A stretch of 64,000 bases of DNA, taken from NCBI GenBank assembly GCA_963768035.1, contig CAVYGJ010000002.1, positions 401,079 to 465,078 of the forward strand. Reading direction: 5' to 3'. A program made the translations under genes and the position numbers. Below are positions 48,256-57,138 of the stretch, piece by piece. The notes beneath the pieces were generated by a model. It had not been told where the DNA came from. It was given only the letters and a program-made list of their open reading frames with translations, and did not search any database. Numbering within the stretch: position 1 is the stretch's first letter; every line of letters starts with the position of its first letter. Source of the DNA: an uncultured Chloroflexia bacterium. GTDB lineage: Bacteria; Chloroflexota; Limnocylindria; Limnocylindrales; CSP1-4.

Positions 48256-49683
48256 GTGAGCAACCGAGAAGCGTCTCTTCGCGACCTTCGGGAACGCATC
48301 GATCTGCGGGCCCTGGCTCGGCGCCCCCTCCTCGTCCTCCTGGGCGCACTCGCAGCCATCGAGCTCGTGCGTCTCGCCCTCGCCCCGAACCCCGTGGACA
48401 TGCTCGTCCTCGTGCTGCTCGTGCTCGTCGGCGTCGCGGGCACCGCGGAGCGCGAGGAGGTCGCCGGCCAGGAGGGCAGCCGTCGCACCGAGGCCGAGTC
48501 GTTCGCCCGGATCCTGCGCGGCCTCGCCCGCTCCGTGTCGCCGGACGCGATCGTCGATGCCATCGTCGAGGAGCTGGGGATCGCCACCGGCGCCGATCAC
48601 GTCGCGGTCGTGCGCCGCCGCCCGGAGAGCCGGTCGCTCGAGGCCATCCTGTCCCCGACGAGGCCGGGCGCGCCCACGTCACGCACGTCGCTGCCGCTCT
48701 CGGAGCTCGAGGACCCGGCCGACGACGAGGCGCTGTCCGCGCTCGCCGTCGCGGCGGCGCGCGGCCGACGGCTCACGGCCGTCCCCATCGAGCCCGACCC
48801 CGACGGCGACCCGCAGCTCATCCCGCTGGGCATCGCCGCCGACCGCCTCGCGCGCGGCGCCTCGGCGTACGACGGCCTGGCGTACGAGCCCGGCGGCGGG
48901 GGAGTGGGCGTCGCGGCCATGCCCACCCGAGCCCGGGCGCGGCACGCCGTCCCAGCCCGCGAGGGCGCCGAGCAGCGGATCGCGGACCGCATCGCGGACC
49001 GCCTGAGCGCCGCCTACGGGCTGTCCAACGTCGTCGCGGCGCCGCTCCGGGTCAACGGCCGGATCGAGGGCGCGATCGTCCTGTCCCGCCGGACCCGCGT
49101 CCCGTGGCCGGCGTCCGCCGGACGGATCCTCGAGGCCGCCGCCGTGGAGGCGTCCGCGGCCCTCGCCCGCGTCTACTCGCTGCGCGAGGCCGAGGCCCGC
49201 GCGACGACCGACGCGCTGACCGGCCTGCCGAACCGCCGCTACTTCGACGAGTACGTGGGGCTGCTCGCCAAGCGACGCCGCGCAGAGGACCGCGTGGGCG
49301 TGCTCATGATCGACATCGACCGGTTCAAGAAGCTCAACGACACGTTCGGGCATGCCGTCGGCGACCACGTGCTGCGCGAGGTCGCCCAGGCGATCGCGGG
49401 CGCGGTCCGCGAGGACGACGTCCCCGCGCGGTTCGGCGGCGAGGAGTTCGCGGTGCTGCTCAAGAACCCCGGCCCCGAGATCGCGATCGAGGTGGGGGAG
49501 CGCGTCCGGCGTTCAGTGTCGTCACTCGACCTGCGGAAGCTGGGCGTGCCGGGGGTCTCGGTGTCGGTGGGGGTGTCGGTCGCCTCGTCGCCCGACCAGC
49601 TGCTCGAGGACGTCATCGACGAGGCCGACCGGGCGCTCTATCGCGCCAAGCGTGGCGGCCGCGACCGGGTCGTCGCCGCGTAG
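48256..49683 (+). CDS. membrane-anchored GAF-like-GGDEF diguanylate cyclase
   Basis: GTG 48256. TM segment, sensor region, LTGLPNRRY and intact GGEEF. YRAKRGGRDR at the end. Confidence 0.85.
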   Translation: MSNREASLRDLRERIDLRALARRPLLVLLGALAAIELVRLALAPNPVDMLVLVLLVLVGVAGTAEREEVAGQEGSRRTEAESFARILRGLARSVSPDAIVDAIVEELGIATGADHVAVVRRRPESRSLEAILSPTRPGAPTSRTSLPLSELEDPADDEALSALAVAAARGRRLTAVPIEPDPDGDPQLIPLGIAADRLARGASAYDGLAYEPGGGGVGVAAMPTRARARHAVPAREGAEQRIADRIADRLSAAYGLSNVVAAPLRVNGRIEGAIVLSRRTRVPWPASAGRILEAAAVEASAALARVYSLREAEARATTDALTGLPNRRYFDEYVGLLAKRRRAEDRVGVLMIDIDRFKKLNDTFGHAVGDHVLREVAQAIAGAVREDDVPARFGGEEFAVLLKNPGPEIAIEVGERVRRSVSSLDLRKLGVPGVSVSVGVSVASSPDQLLEDVIDEADRALYRAKRGGRDRVVAA

Positions 49684-49903
49684 GGTCGGCTCCTCCCGAG
49701 CGCCGCCCTCGGGCGCCGCCCGCCCCGTGCCACCCGCCCTGTGCCACCCTGGTGCGCCTACCGATGAAGCCGCGCTTGTTCGGCCACCGTGATGCGCAGG
49801 ACGTTGCCGGCCAGGCGCTCCTCGACGCTGGTTCTGGGCACGGGCAGCGCAGATCGAACGCCGCTTCATCCGGTCGCGCATGGGAGTGGCGCGCCGTGAC
49901 GGG

Positions 49904-50621
49904 TCAGCCGGACCGAAGTCCCGCGAGGCAGGCCCGCAGCACGGCCGGGGGCACGGCGATCCGGGCGGAGCCGTTGACCCACTCGGATGCCCGCTCGCCC
50001 CCAACCCCTTCGTCGGCGAGCACGATCACCGCCCCGAGGCGCAGGAAGCGGTCGTAGAACGCCCGCCCGTCCGGGAACCCGCGGGGCGCCAGGAACGCCT
50101 CGTCGCGGGCGTCGGCCCGGGCACGAACGAGACGCACCGACGTGGCGACGTCGAGCGCCGACGCGCTCGGCCCGTCGATCCCGACGACGAGCATGTTGGG
50201 CACGCCGGGCGGCAGCTGGCGCAGCTTCGCAAGCCACGGGACTCCCGGCTCGACGAGCGCCGCCGGCCGGCGGAGACGCGTGACCTCGAGCGTCGTGACC
50301 CGCGCACCCGGCAGCGTCACGGTGAAGTCGGGTCCGCCCTGGCGGGCGCCGAACGGCTCCCAGGCGAGCTCGATCCGGCGCTCGCCGAGCAGCGACCGAG
50401 CGACCAGGAGCTCGAGGCGGACGTCCCGGAGGGCATCGGCATCGGACGCCCCGCGGAGCTTCTTGTGGAGCTTGGCCGCGTGGTCGGAGGCGAACGCCCG
50501 GAAGCGAGGCGACGCGGTGAGCCAGGCGCGCAGCTCGGGCTCGAAGGGCGTGCGCCTCGGTGCCCGCGACGAGGTCCGCGGCGAGCCGGGTGGCCGTTGG
50601 CGTGGCGAGGCGCTCCTCCAT
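49904..50621 (-). pseudogene. hypothetical protein with PD-(D/E)xK-like core, one +1 frameshift as sequenced
   Basis: MEERLATPTATRLAADLVAGTEAH is in the frame of ATG 50621. PFEPELRAWLTASPRFRAFASDHAAKLHKK... continues into ORF 49904..50320 after an extra base at about 50549. Core sequence GGPDFTVTLPGARVTTLEVTRL. Confidence 0.6.
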
Positions 50622-50660
50622 CGGCCGATCGTACGGCGGACGGCGCGCTACCCTCCGGGC

Positions 50661-52532
50661 ATGGACCCGCTGGAGGACGCCCCGCCGCTCGACGACGAGG
50701 ACGGCGACGAGCCGGAGGCACCTCGCGCCGTCACCAACGGCGACCTCGCCCGGATCTTCCACGAGATCGGGGACATCCTCGAGGTCAAGGGCGAGCTCGT
50801 GTTCAAGACCGTCGCCTACCACCGCGCCGCGGACGCGATCGCACGCGCGCCGTTCGACGTCGGGGCGACGTACGCCGCTGGCGAGCGCCGGCCGATCCCG
50901 GGCGTCGGCGCCGCGATCGCCGACAAGATCACCGAGCTCGCGACGACCGGCCGGATGGCGTACTACGACAAGCTCCGCGCCGAGATCCCGTCGACGCTCG
51001 TGGACCTGCTGCGCATCCCCGGCGTCGGGCCCAAGACCGTGCGCATCGTCTGGGAGGCGCTCGGGATCGCGGACCTCCCCGGCCTCAAGCAGGCGGCCCA
51101 GGAGGGCAAGCTCCGGACGCTCAAGGGCATCTCGGCGAGCACGGAGGAGCGGATCGTCGAGGGCATCGAGAAGCTCGAGACGGCGCCCACCCGGATGCTG
51201 ATCCACCGGGCGCAGGCCACGAGCGACGACCTCGTGGAGCAGCTGCGTGGCGTCCCGGGCGTGACGAGGATCGTCCAGGCGGGCTCGCTCCGGCGGCGAC
51301 GCGAGTCGATCGGCGACCTCGACCTGCTCGTCGAGACGGCGGACCCGACGACGGTCATCGAGCGGTTCACGCACCTCGGCGTGGTGGACAAGGTCCTCGG
51401 CGCGGGCACGGCGAAGGCGGCGATCACGATCCTCCGCGGGCCGCAGGTCGACCTGATGGTGATGCCGCCGGGCGAGGCCGGGACGTACCTCATCCACTTC
51501 ACGGGGTCCGCCGACCACAACATCCGGCTGCGGGGCATCGCCCGGGACCGCGGCTGGTCGCTGAGCGAGAAGGGCTACCTCAGGATCGACGAGGACGGCA
51601 AGCCGCTCGAGGGCGACGCGGCCGAGCTCCGCACGTTCGAGGACGAGGCCGGCGCGTACGGCTTCCTCGGCCTGCCCTACATCGAGCCCGAGCTGCGCGA
51701 GGACCGGGGCGAGATCGAGGCCGGCTACGAGGGCCGGCTGCCGAGCCTCATCACCCGGGCGGACCTCCGCGGCGACCTGCACTCGCACTCCGACTGGAGC
51801 GACGGCGTCCACTCGATCGAGGTCATGGCGGAGGCCGCCCGCCGGCTCGGCTACGCGTACCAGGTGCTCACCGACCACACCCAGAGCCTCGCGATCGCCC
51901 GCGGCCTGACGCCGGACCGCGTCGAGCAGGAGCGCGAGATCATCGCCGCGCTCAACGCCCGGTTCGCCGAGGAGGAGGCCCGCGGCGAGCTCCCCGAGGG
52001 CGCGAACCCGGGCGGCTTCCGGCTCCTCCACGGCTGCGAGCTCGAGGTCCGCGCCGACGGCGCGCTCGACTACGAGGACGCGCTCCTCGCGCGGTTCGAC
52101 CTCGTCGTCGCCTCCGTCCACGTCGCCCGGCGCCAGTCGCGCGCGGACCTGACCCGCCGGACGCTCAACGCGATCCGGTCGCCGCACGTGGACGTCATCG
52201 CGCACCCGTCCGGTCGGATGATCCAGACCCGCGACGACCTCGACCTCGACTGGGACGCGGTCTACGAGGCGGCGGCCGCGACCGGGACCGCGCTCGAGAT
52301 CAACGGCTCCCCGCACCGCCTCGACCTCGCCGCCGAGCGGGCGCGCCGCGCCCACGAGTCGGGCTGCGTCCTCTCGATCGACTCCGACGCCCACCGGACC
52401 GAGGAGCTGGGCTACGTCCGGTGGGGCGTGGACCAGGCCAGGCGTGCGTGGGTGGAGCCGCGCCACGTCCTCAACACGCTGCCGCTCGACGAGCTGCTCG
52501 CCTGGGTCGCGGGCAAGCCGTCGCGCGTCTGA
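50661..52532 (+). CDS. polX: family X DNA polymerase with C-terminal PHP domain
   Basis: HhH motifs (IPGVGAAIADKI, IPGVGPKTV). Pol-beta nucleotidyltransferase GSLRRRRESIGDLDLLV. PHP domain DLHSHSDWSDG ... DSDAH. Confidence 0.9.
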   Translation: MDPLEDAPPLDDEDGDEPEAPRAVTNGDLARIFHEIGDILEVKGELVFKTVAYHRAADAIARAPFDVGATYAAGERRPIPGVGAAIADKITELATTGRMAYYDKLRAEIPSTLVDLLRIPGVGPKTVRIVWEALGIADLPGLKQAAQEGKLRTLKGISASTEERIVEGIEKLETAPTRMLIHRAQATSDDLVEQLRGVPGVTRIVQAGSLRRRRESIGDLDLLVETADPTTVIERFTHLGVVDKVLGAGTAKAAITILRGPQVDLMVMPPGEAGTYLIHFTGSADHNIRLRGIARDRGWSLSEKGYLRIDEDGKPLEGDAAELRTFEDEAGAYGFLGLPYIEPELREDRGEIEAGYEGRLPSLITRADLRGDLHSHSDWSDGVHSIEVMAEAARRLGYAYQVLTDHTQSLAIARGLTPDRVEQEREIIAALNARFAEEEARGELPEGANPGGFRLLHGCELEVRADGALDYEDALLARFDLVVASVHVARRQSRADLTRRTLNAIRSPHVDVIAHPSGRMIQTRDDLDLDWDAVYEAAAATGTALEINGSPHRLDLAAERARRAHESGCVLSIDSDAHRTEELGYVRWGVDQARRAWVEPRHVLNTLPLDELLAWVAGKPSRV

Positions 52533-52580
52533 CGCGGCTCCCGAGACCTCCGCGCGCGCGGCGACGTACCATCCGCCGCG

Positions 52581-53396
52581 ATGCCCACCAGCCAGGACTC
52601 CGTCATCGCGCGCCGCGAGCTCGTCCTCGTCGCCGTCCTGCTCGTCGCGCTCACGCGGCTCGTCGAGCCCGCCGACGCGTTCCTGATCTCGGGGCTGCTC
52701 CCCCTCGCGATGCTGCTCGCGGGGATCGGCGTCCTCGCGTCGGAGCGGAACCCCCGGCCGTTCGAGCACATCCTCATCCCGGCCGTCCTCACCGGCGGCG
52801 CCGGCGCGGCGGTCCACCTCGTGTCGCCCGGCCTCCCGATGGTCCCGTACCTCGCGGCGTTCGCGCTCCTCCTCGACCGCATCCTCGCGCTCGAGATCCG
52901 GCTCCTGGGCCAGCCGAAGGGCACGACGGACTCGGACCGGGCGCGGGTGCTGCTGGCCGCGGTCGTGACGGCGTTCATCGCGTTCACCGGGGTCGCGACG
53001 CTCGTCCCGGGCGGCCTCGCCGAGCCCGGTGGGGCAGCCGCCGGCGGCGGGACCCTGAGCCAGGGCTGGCTCGTCGTCCTCGCGATCGACGACGCGCTGA
53101 TCGCGCTCCTCCTCGGCTATCGCCTCGCCGTGCTCCGCTACGGGACCGCCGCCGACGCGGCGCGGTCCGCCCTCACCTACGCGATCGTGGTCGCGGTCGC
53201 CGCCGGCGCCACGCGCGCCATCGACGTGCCCCGGCTGCTCGGGCCGGCCGTGCTCACGCTCGTGTTCTACCTGTGGGACGCGCTCCACGGCACGGCGCCG
53301 GCACGCCGTCGCGAGCCCCGGTTCCTGTGGGAGCTGGCGCTGCTCGCCGTGCTCGGCGCGGTGGTCGTCGTATGGAACCTCCAGCTGCGCGGCTGA
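52581..53396 (+). CDS. integral membrane protein of unknown function
   Basis: About 7 predicted hydrophobic helices and high GC3. Confidence 0.65.
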   Translation: MPTSQDSVIARRELVLVAVLLVALTRLVEPADAFLISGLLPLAMLLAGIGVLASERNPRPFEHILIPAVLTGGAGAAVHLVSPGLPMVPYLAAFALLLDRILALEIRLLGQPKGTTDSDRARVLLAAVVTAFIAFTGVATLVPGGLAEPGGAAAGGGTLSQGWLVVLAIDDALIALLLGYRLAVLRYGTAADAARSALTYAIVVAVAAGATRAIDVPRLLGPAVLTLVFYLWDALHGTAPARRREPRFLWELALLAVLGAVVVVWNLQLRG

Positions 53397-53406
53397 CCCC
53401 CCACGT

Positions 53407-53435
53407 TTGACGGCCCGCGCGGTCGATGTTAGAAA
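53407..53435 (+). promoter_or_regulatory. sigma-70-like promoter TTGACG-N17-TAGAAA
   Basis: AT-richer island directly after the membrane-protein stop, about 65 nt upstream of ATG 53502. Confidence 0.4.
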
Positions 53436-53501
53436 CACGTGCCCGCGACCCGCGCGGTTTCGGCGTGTCCCGCACCGGCATGCCAGCCCCGCGACGCGAA
53501 G

Positions 53502-54383
53502 ATGGACCGAAAGGACGACCCCTCAGTGACCTTCCCCGAGATCGACGCCGCAGCCCAGACGCCCGCAGGCCAGACGCGCCTCAAGCGCCAGCTGGCGGAG
53601 CAGGCGATCGCCCAGGCAACCGACGCCCAGTGGGCCGACGCGGCCGAGACCAACCGCCGCCTGCTCGAGCTCGGCGCCGACTCCGAGGCCGAGAACCGCC
53701 TGGCCAAGGCGCTCTGGGAGCAGGGCGAGCTCGGCTCCGCGCGCGAGCACTACCAGAAGGCCCTCGCGCTCGACCCGACCAACCGCATCGCCGAGCGCAA
53801 CATCGACCGCCTCAAGGTGCTGCTCGTCGAGGCGGGCGAGAAGACGGTCGCGGCCAAGCAGGGCTCGAAGGCCCCGGTCAGCATCTTCGTCGAGGAGACC
53901 GGCAAGACGGGCTTCGCCCACCTGACGAACCTCGCCCGCTCGGCCGACCTCGCCCAGGTCAACCCGGGCGACGCGGTCGAGCTGATCCCCGAGGCCAACC
54001 GCCTCATCGCGATCAGCAACGGGATCCGGATCGGCATCGTCGAGCCGCGGGTCGCCGCCCGCCTGCTCAAGCTGATGGCCGACGGCAACAAGTACCTCGC
54101 CGGCGTGACCTCGCTCGGCGACCGGGACGTCCGCCTGATCATCCGCGAGGTGTTCCAGGACCCCCGCAACTACGGCAAGGTGTCGTTCCCGACCGCGGCC
54201 AAGTCCACGGACCTGCGGCCGTACACCAAGGGCACCCTCGTCCGCGAGGACGAGGACCTCGAGGACGATCTCGAGGACGACATCGAGGACGAGGAGATCG
54301 AGAACCTCGACCGCGTCCTGCCGCCCGAGGAGACGACCGACGAGGCGTTCGTCGAGGAGACGGACGAGCTCGAGGAGCCGTAA
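53502..54383 (+). CDS. TPR-containing protein with HIRAN-like middle domain and poly-acidic tail
   Basis: TPR-like ENRLAKALWEQGELGSAREHYQKALALDPTN. Middle domain NPGDAVELIPEANRLIAISNGIRIGIVEPRVAARLLKLMADGNKY. Tail DEDLEDDLEDDIEDEEIE. Confidence 0.7.
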   Translation: MDRKDDPSVTFPEIDAAAQTPAGQTRLKRQLAEQAIAQATDAQWADAAETNRRLLELGADSEAENRLAKALWEQGELGSAREHYQKALALDPTNRIAERNIDRLKVLLVEAGEKTVAAKQGSKAPVSIFVEETGKTGFAHLTNLARSADLAQVNPGDAVELIPEANRLIAISNGIRIGIVEPRVAARLLKLMADGNKYLAGVTSLGDRDVRLIIREVFQDPRNYGKVSFPTAAKSTDLRPYTKGTLVREDEDLEDDLEDDIEDEEIENLDRVLPPEETTDEAFVEETDELEEP

Positions 54384-54403
54384 ACCCTCACCTGATCGAT
54401 GGG

Positions 54404-54435
54404 AACGGGGCGCCGGGTGCGCCCCGTTTTCGATT
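54404..54435 (+). terminator. intrinsic terminator
   Basis: AACGGGGCGC-cgggt-GCGCCCCGTT followed by TTCGATT, 20 nt after TAA 54381-54383. Confidence 0.8.
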
Positions 54436-54486
54436 CCCGGGTCCGTGCGCCGCCCCGGGACCCACCGTCTGCGACAATCGGGCCCG

Positions 54487-57138
54487 ATGGCGGGCCGAGC
54501 ACTCCTCCTGCGAGCTGACCCTGGGTTCAGCCTCCCCGCGTTCGAGCGCTTCGCGCCCCCGCCCCCGCCGGCACTCGTCGCGGCACGGCTGGAGGCGGCG
54601 AGCCAGCCCGGCGAGATCGTCCTCGACCTGTTCGGGCGCGGCGGCTGGGTCGCCCGCGCCGCGATCGACGCCCAGCGCAAGGGCATCAGCCTCGAATCCA
54701 CGCCGCTCGACCGCCTGCTCGCGGAGATCGTGCTCCGGCCGCCGGACCTGCGCCATCTCGACGCCGCGGTCCAGGCGCTCGCGGCGTCGGCGCGCCGGGA
54801 GACCAGCCTCAAGACGTCGATCACCGACCGCTACGCGAGCCGCTGTGCGACCTGCGACCGCCCGGTCGTGCTCGACGAGCTGACCTGGGCCGCCGAGCCC
54901 CCGGACGACGGCGGACCCCCGGGGCCGCGGCCGGTCCGCAAGCACTACCGCTGCCCGGTCTGCCGCGACCAGCTCGGCGGCGGCGAGCAGCGCCAGGCGC
55001 CGCTCGACGCGCAGGATCTCGCGCAGGCGCTCGACCGCGAGGGCATCGAGGTCCGGTCGCAGCTGGCCGACCGGTTCCCCGTGCTCGACGGCCAGACCGA
55101 CCTCCCGTTCGAGCTCCTCGACCTCCACACGCCGCGCCAGCTGTCGGCGTTCGGCGCGATCCTCGAGCGGATCGAGGAGGATCTTCGCGCCGCGCCGATC
55201 GAGTCCGCGCTCCGCCTGGCGCTCCTCCACGCGCTCGCGCCCGCCAGCCGGCTCGCGACGAGCCCGGGGCGCCTCGCCCCGTTGCGGATCGCCCAGGGCC
55301 ACCTGAAGCCGCCCGGGTCCGCCCAGTGGCGCGAGCGCAACCCGTGGCTCGCGTTCGAGGACGGGATCCGGCTTGTGCGCGGCTTCGTCCAGCGCCTGGA
55401 GAGCGGGGCGTGGGGGCCGGTCCCGGCGCGCCTCGGCGAGGACCTCCGGAGCCTCGTGGAGGGCTCGGCGTCCGCGGTCCTCAAGCAGGCGACGCCGGCG
55501 GCGATCGGCGCACTCGAGCTCGAGGCCGAGCACCTCGCCCGTGGCGGCAGCCGTCCGCGCATCCGCCTCGTCGTCGGGATGCCGCCGCTGCGCCCGATCG
55601 CGGACCGGCTCGCGTGGCAGTACCACGGGACGGCCTGGGTGCTCGGGCGGGAGGCCGCCCAGACGCTGCCCCTCGAGCCGTTGTTCGGGCCGGCCGTCCG
55701 CCCGTCGTGGGGCTGGCAGGCCGCGGCGATCACCCGCAGCCTCCGGGGCGTCGAGCCCGCCCTCGCCAAGGACGCGCGGATCGTGTTCCTGCTCGAGGGC
55801 GACGGGGCGGAGAGCCTCGTCGCGACGGTGCTCGGCGGGGTCTCGGCGGGCTACCGGGTCTCGGGGGCGAGGCTGCCCGAGGCCGGGCGCGACAGCGGCG
55901 GCGCCGTCGAGCTCGTGCCGCCCGGGTCGGGTGCCGTCCCCGGCGGGCCACGCACGCGCGCCAACGTCGTCCTCTCGCCGCTGCCGGGTGGCGCCGGCGA
56001 CCCGGACCTCGCGCCCGCGGAGCGGCTGTTCGCGCCGCCCGAGCGCATCGTCAACGCGCCGTTCTCCGCGCAGGACGCCCAGCGGGCGGTCCTCGAGGCG
56101 GCCGTGGACGTCCTCAAGCTCCGGGGCGAGCCCGTGACCTTCGACGGGCTGCTGGGCGAGATCCTCGTCGGCCTCGACCGGGCGGGGCACCTGCGCCGGC
56201 TCGTCCGACCGCCGTCGCCCGTGGGCGAGGACGCGGCCGCGCCGCCGGACCCGGACGTCGACCACGTCGACCGCCTGCTCGCCCTCGTCCACGAGGCGCT
56301 CGACGGCGCCGAGGGACGCCGGCTGACGAAGATCGAGGACCGCTGGTGGCTCGGCGACCGCACCGATCGCGACGCCGCGGCGGTCCCGCTGGCCGATCGC
56401 GTGGAGTGGGCCGCGTACAGCCTCCTGTCCACGGCGGGACCGCTGTCGGAGACCCAGTTCCTCGAGCGGATCGGCAACCTGTTCACGGGTCCCGACCTGC
56501 CCGACGAGCCGCTCGTCCGCGCCTGCCTCGAGAGCTACCGGAGCATGGCCAGCACGCCCGAGCGCCTCGTCACGACGGACGACCTCATCAAGCGCAGCCA
56601 CGAGCACGGCGAGCTCATCGCGAACCTCGTGGACCTCGGCCACCGGCTCGGGTTCCAGTGCTGGATCGGCGCCCGCCAGCAGCCGCGCCGGCTCGGTGGC
56701 GTGCCGCTCGGCGACCGGCTGGACGACCGCGAGGCAGCAGGGCCGCCGTACCTCGGCCGGATCCGCGGCGAGGACCTCGAGGACGTGGACGTCATCTGGT
56801 ACATCCGTGGCCGGGCGGTCTACCTGTGGGAGGTCGAGTGGACGGCGATGCTCGGCGAGCCCGTGCTCCGCCGCCATGCGCGCCTGCCGACCGACGAGCG
56901 GCTCGTGCGGTTCCTCGTCGTGCTGCCGGAGCGAGCCGAGCTCGTGCGCCACAAGCTGGAGCGGTCGCCGCTCCTCCGGCGGGAGCTCGAGGTGGGGAGC
57001 TGGCACTTCCTCAAGGCGAACCACCTGCGCGACTGGGTGCGGCGCGAGCGGGTGGGGATGGCGGACCTCGAGCCGCTGATCGGGCTCGACCCGGCCGTCG
57101 AGCGCACGGGCGACCAGCTGTCGCTGTTCAACGGCTGA
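54487..57138 (+). CDS. 883-aa multidomain orphan: Rossmann methyltransferase-like N-terminus, CxxC...CxxC zinc ribbon, C-terminal nuclease-like module
   Basis: ATG 54487. Motif-I-like EIVLDLFGRGGWVARAAIDAQRKGISLE (54619-54648). C120-x2-C123 / C156-x2-C159 (54844-54963). Degenerate motif-IV-like IRLVVGMPPL. C-terminal DVDVIWYIRGRAVYLWEVEWT ... RFLVVLPE. Confidence 0.75.
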   Translation: MAGRALLLRADPGFSLPAFERFAPPPPPALVAARLEAASQPGEIVLDLFGRGGWVARAAIDAQRKGISLESTPLDRLLAEIVLRPPDLRHLDAAVQALAASARRETSLKTSITDRYASRCATCDRPVVLDELTWAAEPPDDGGPPGPRPVRKHYRCPVCRDQLGGGEQRQAPLDAQDLAQALDREGIEVRSQLADRFPVLDGQTDLPFELLDLHTPRQLSAFGAILERIEEDLRAAPIESALRLALLHALAPASRLATSPGRLAPLRIAQGHLKPPGSAQWRERNPWLAFEDGIRLVRGFVQRLESGAWGPVPARLGEDLRSLVEGSASAVLKQATPAAIGALELEAEHLARGGSRPRIRLVVGMPPLRPIADRLAWQYHGTAWVLGREAAQTLPLEPLFGPAVRPSWGWQAAAITRSLRGVEPALAKDARIVFLLEGDGAESLVATVLGGVSAGYRVSGARLPEAGRDSGGAVELVPPGSGAVPGGPRTRANVVLSPLPGGAGDPDLAPAERLFAPPERIVNAPFSAQDAQRAVLEAAVDVLKLRGEPVTFDGLLGEILVGLDRAGHLRRLVRPPSPVGEDAAAPPDPDVDHVDRLLALVHEALDGAEGRRLTKIEDRWWLGDRTDRDAAAVPLADRVEWAAYSLLSTAGPLSETQFLERIGNLFTGPDLPDEPLVRACLESYRSMASTPERLVTTDDLIKRSHEHGELIANLVDLGHRLGFQCWIGARQQPRRLGGVPLGDRLDDREAAGPPYLGRIRGEDLEDVDVIWYIRGRAVYLWEVEWTAMLGEPVLRRHARLPTDERLVRFLVVLPERAELVRHKLERSPLLRRELEVGSWHFLKANHLRDWVRRERVGMADLEPLIGLDPAVERTGDQLSLFNG

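Noticed and set aside
49684-49903. The 220-nt convergent spacer after the second cyclase, examined for a small gene or RNA. It contains a short hairpin CCCGAG...CTCGGG and a distant 8-bp inverted repeat GATGAAGC/GCTTCATC.
   Set aside because: No ORF with coding-like composition, no recognisable RNA family, and only weak stems. Probably just terminator-type structure.
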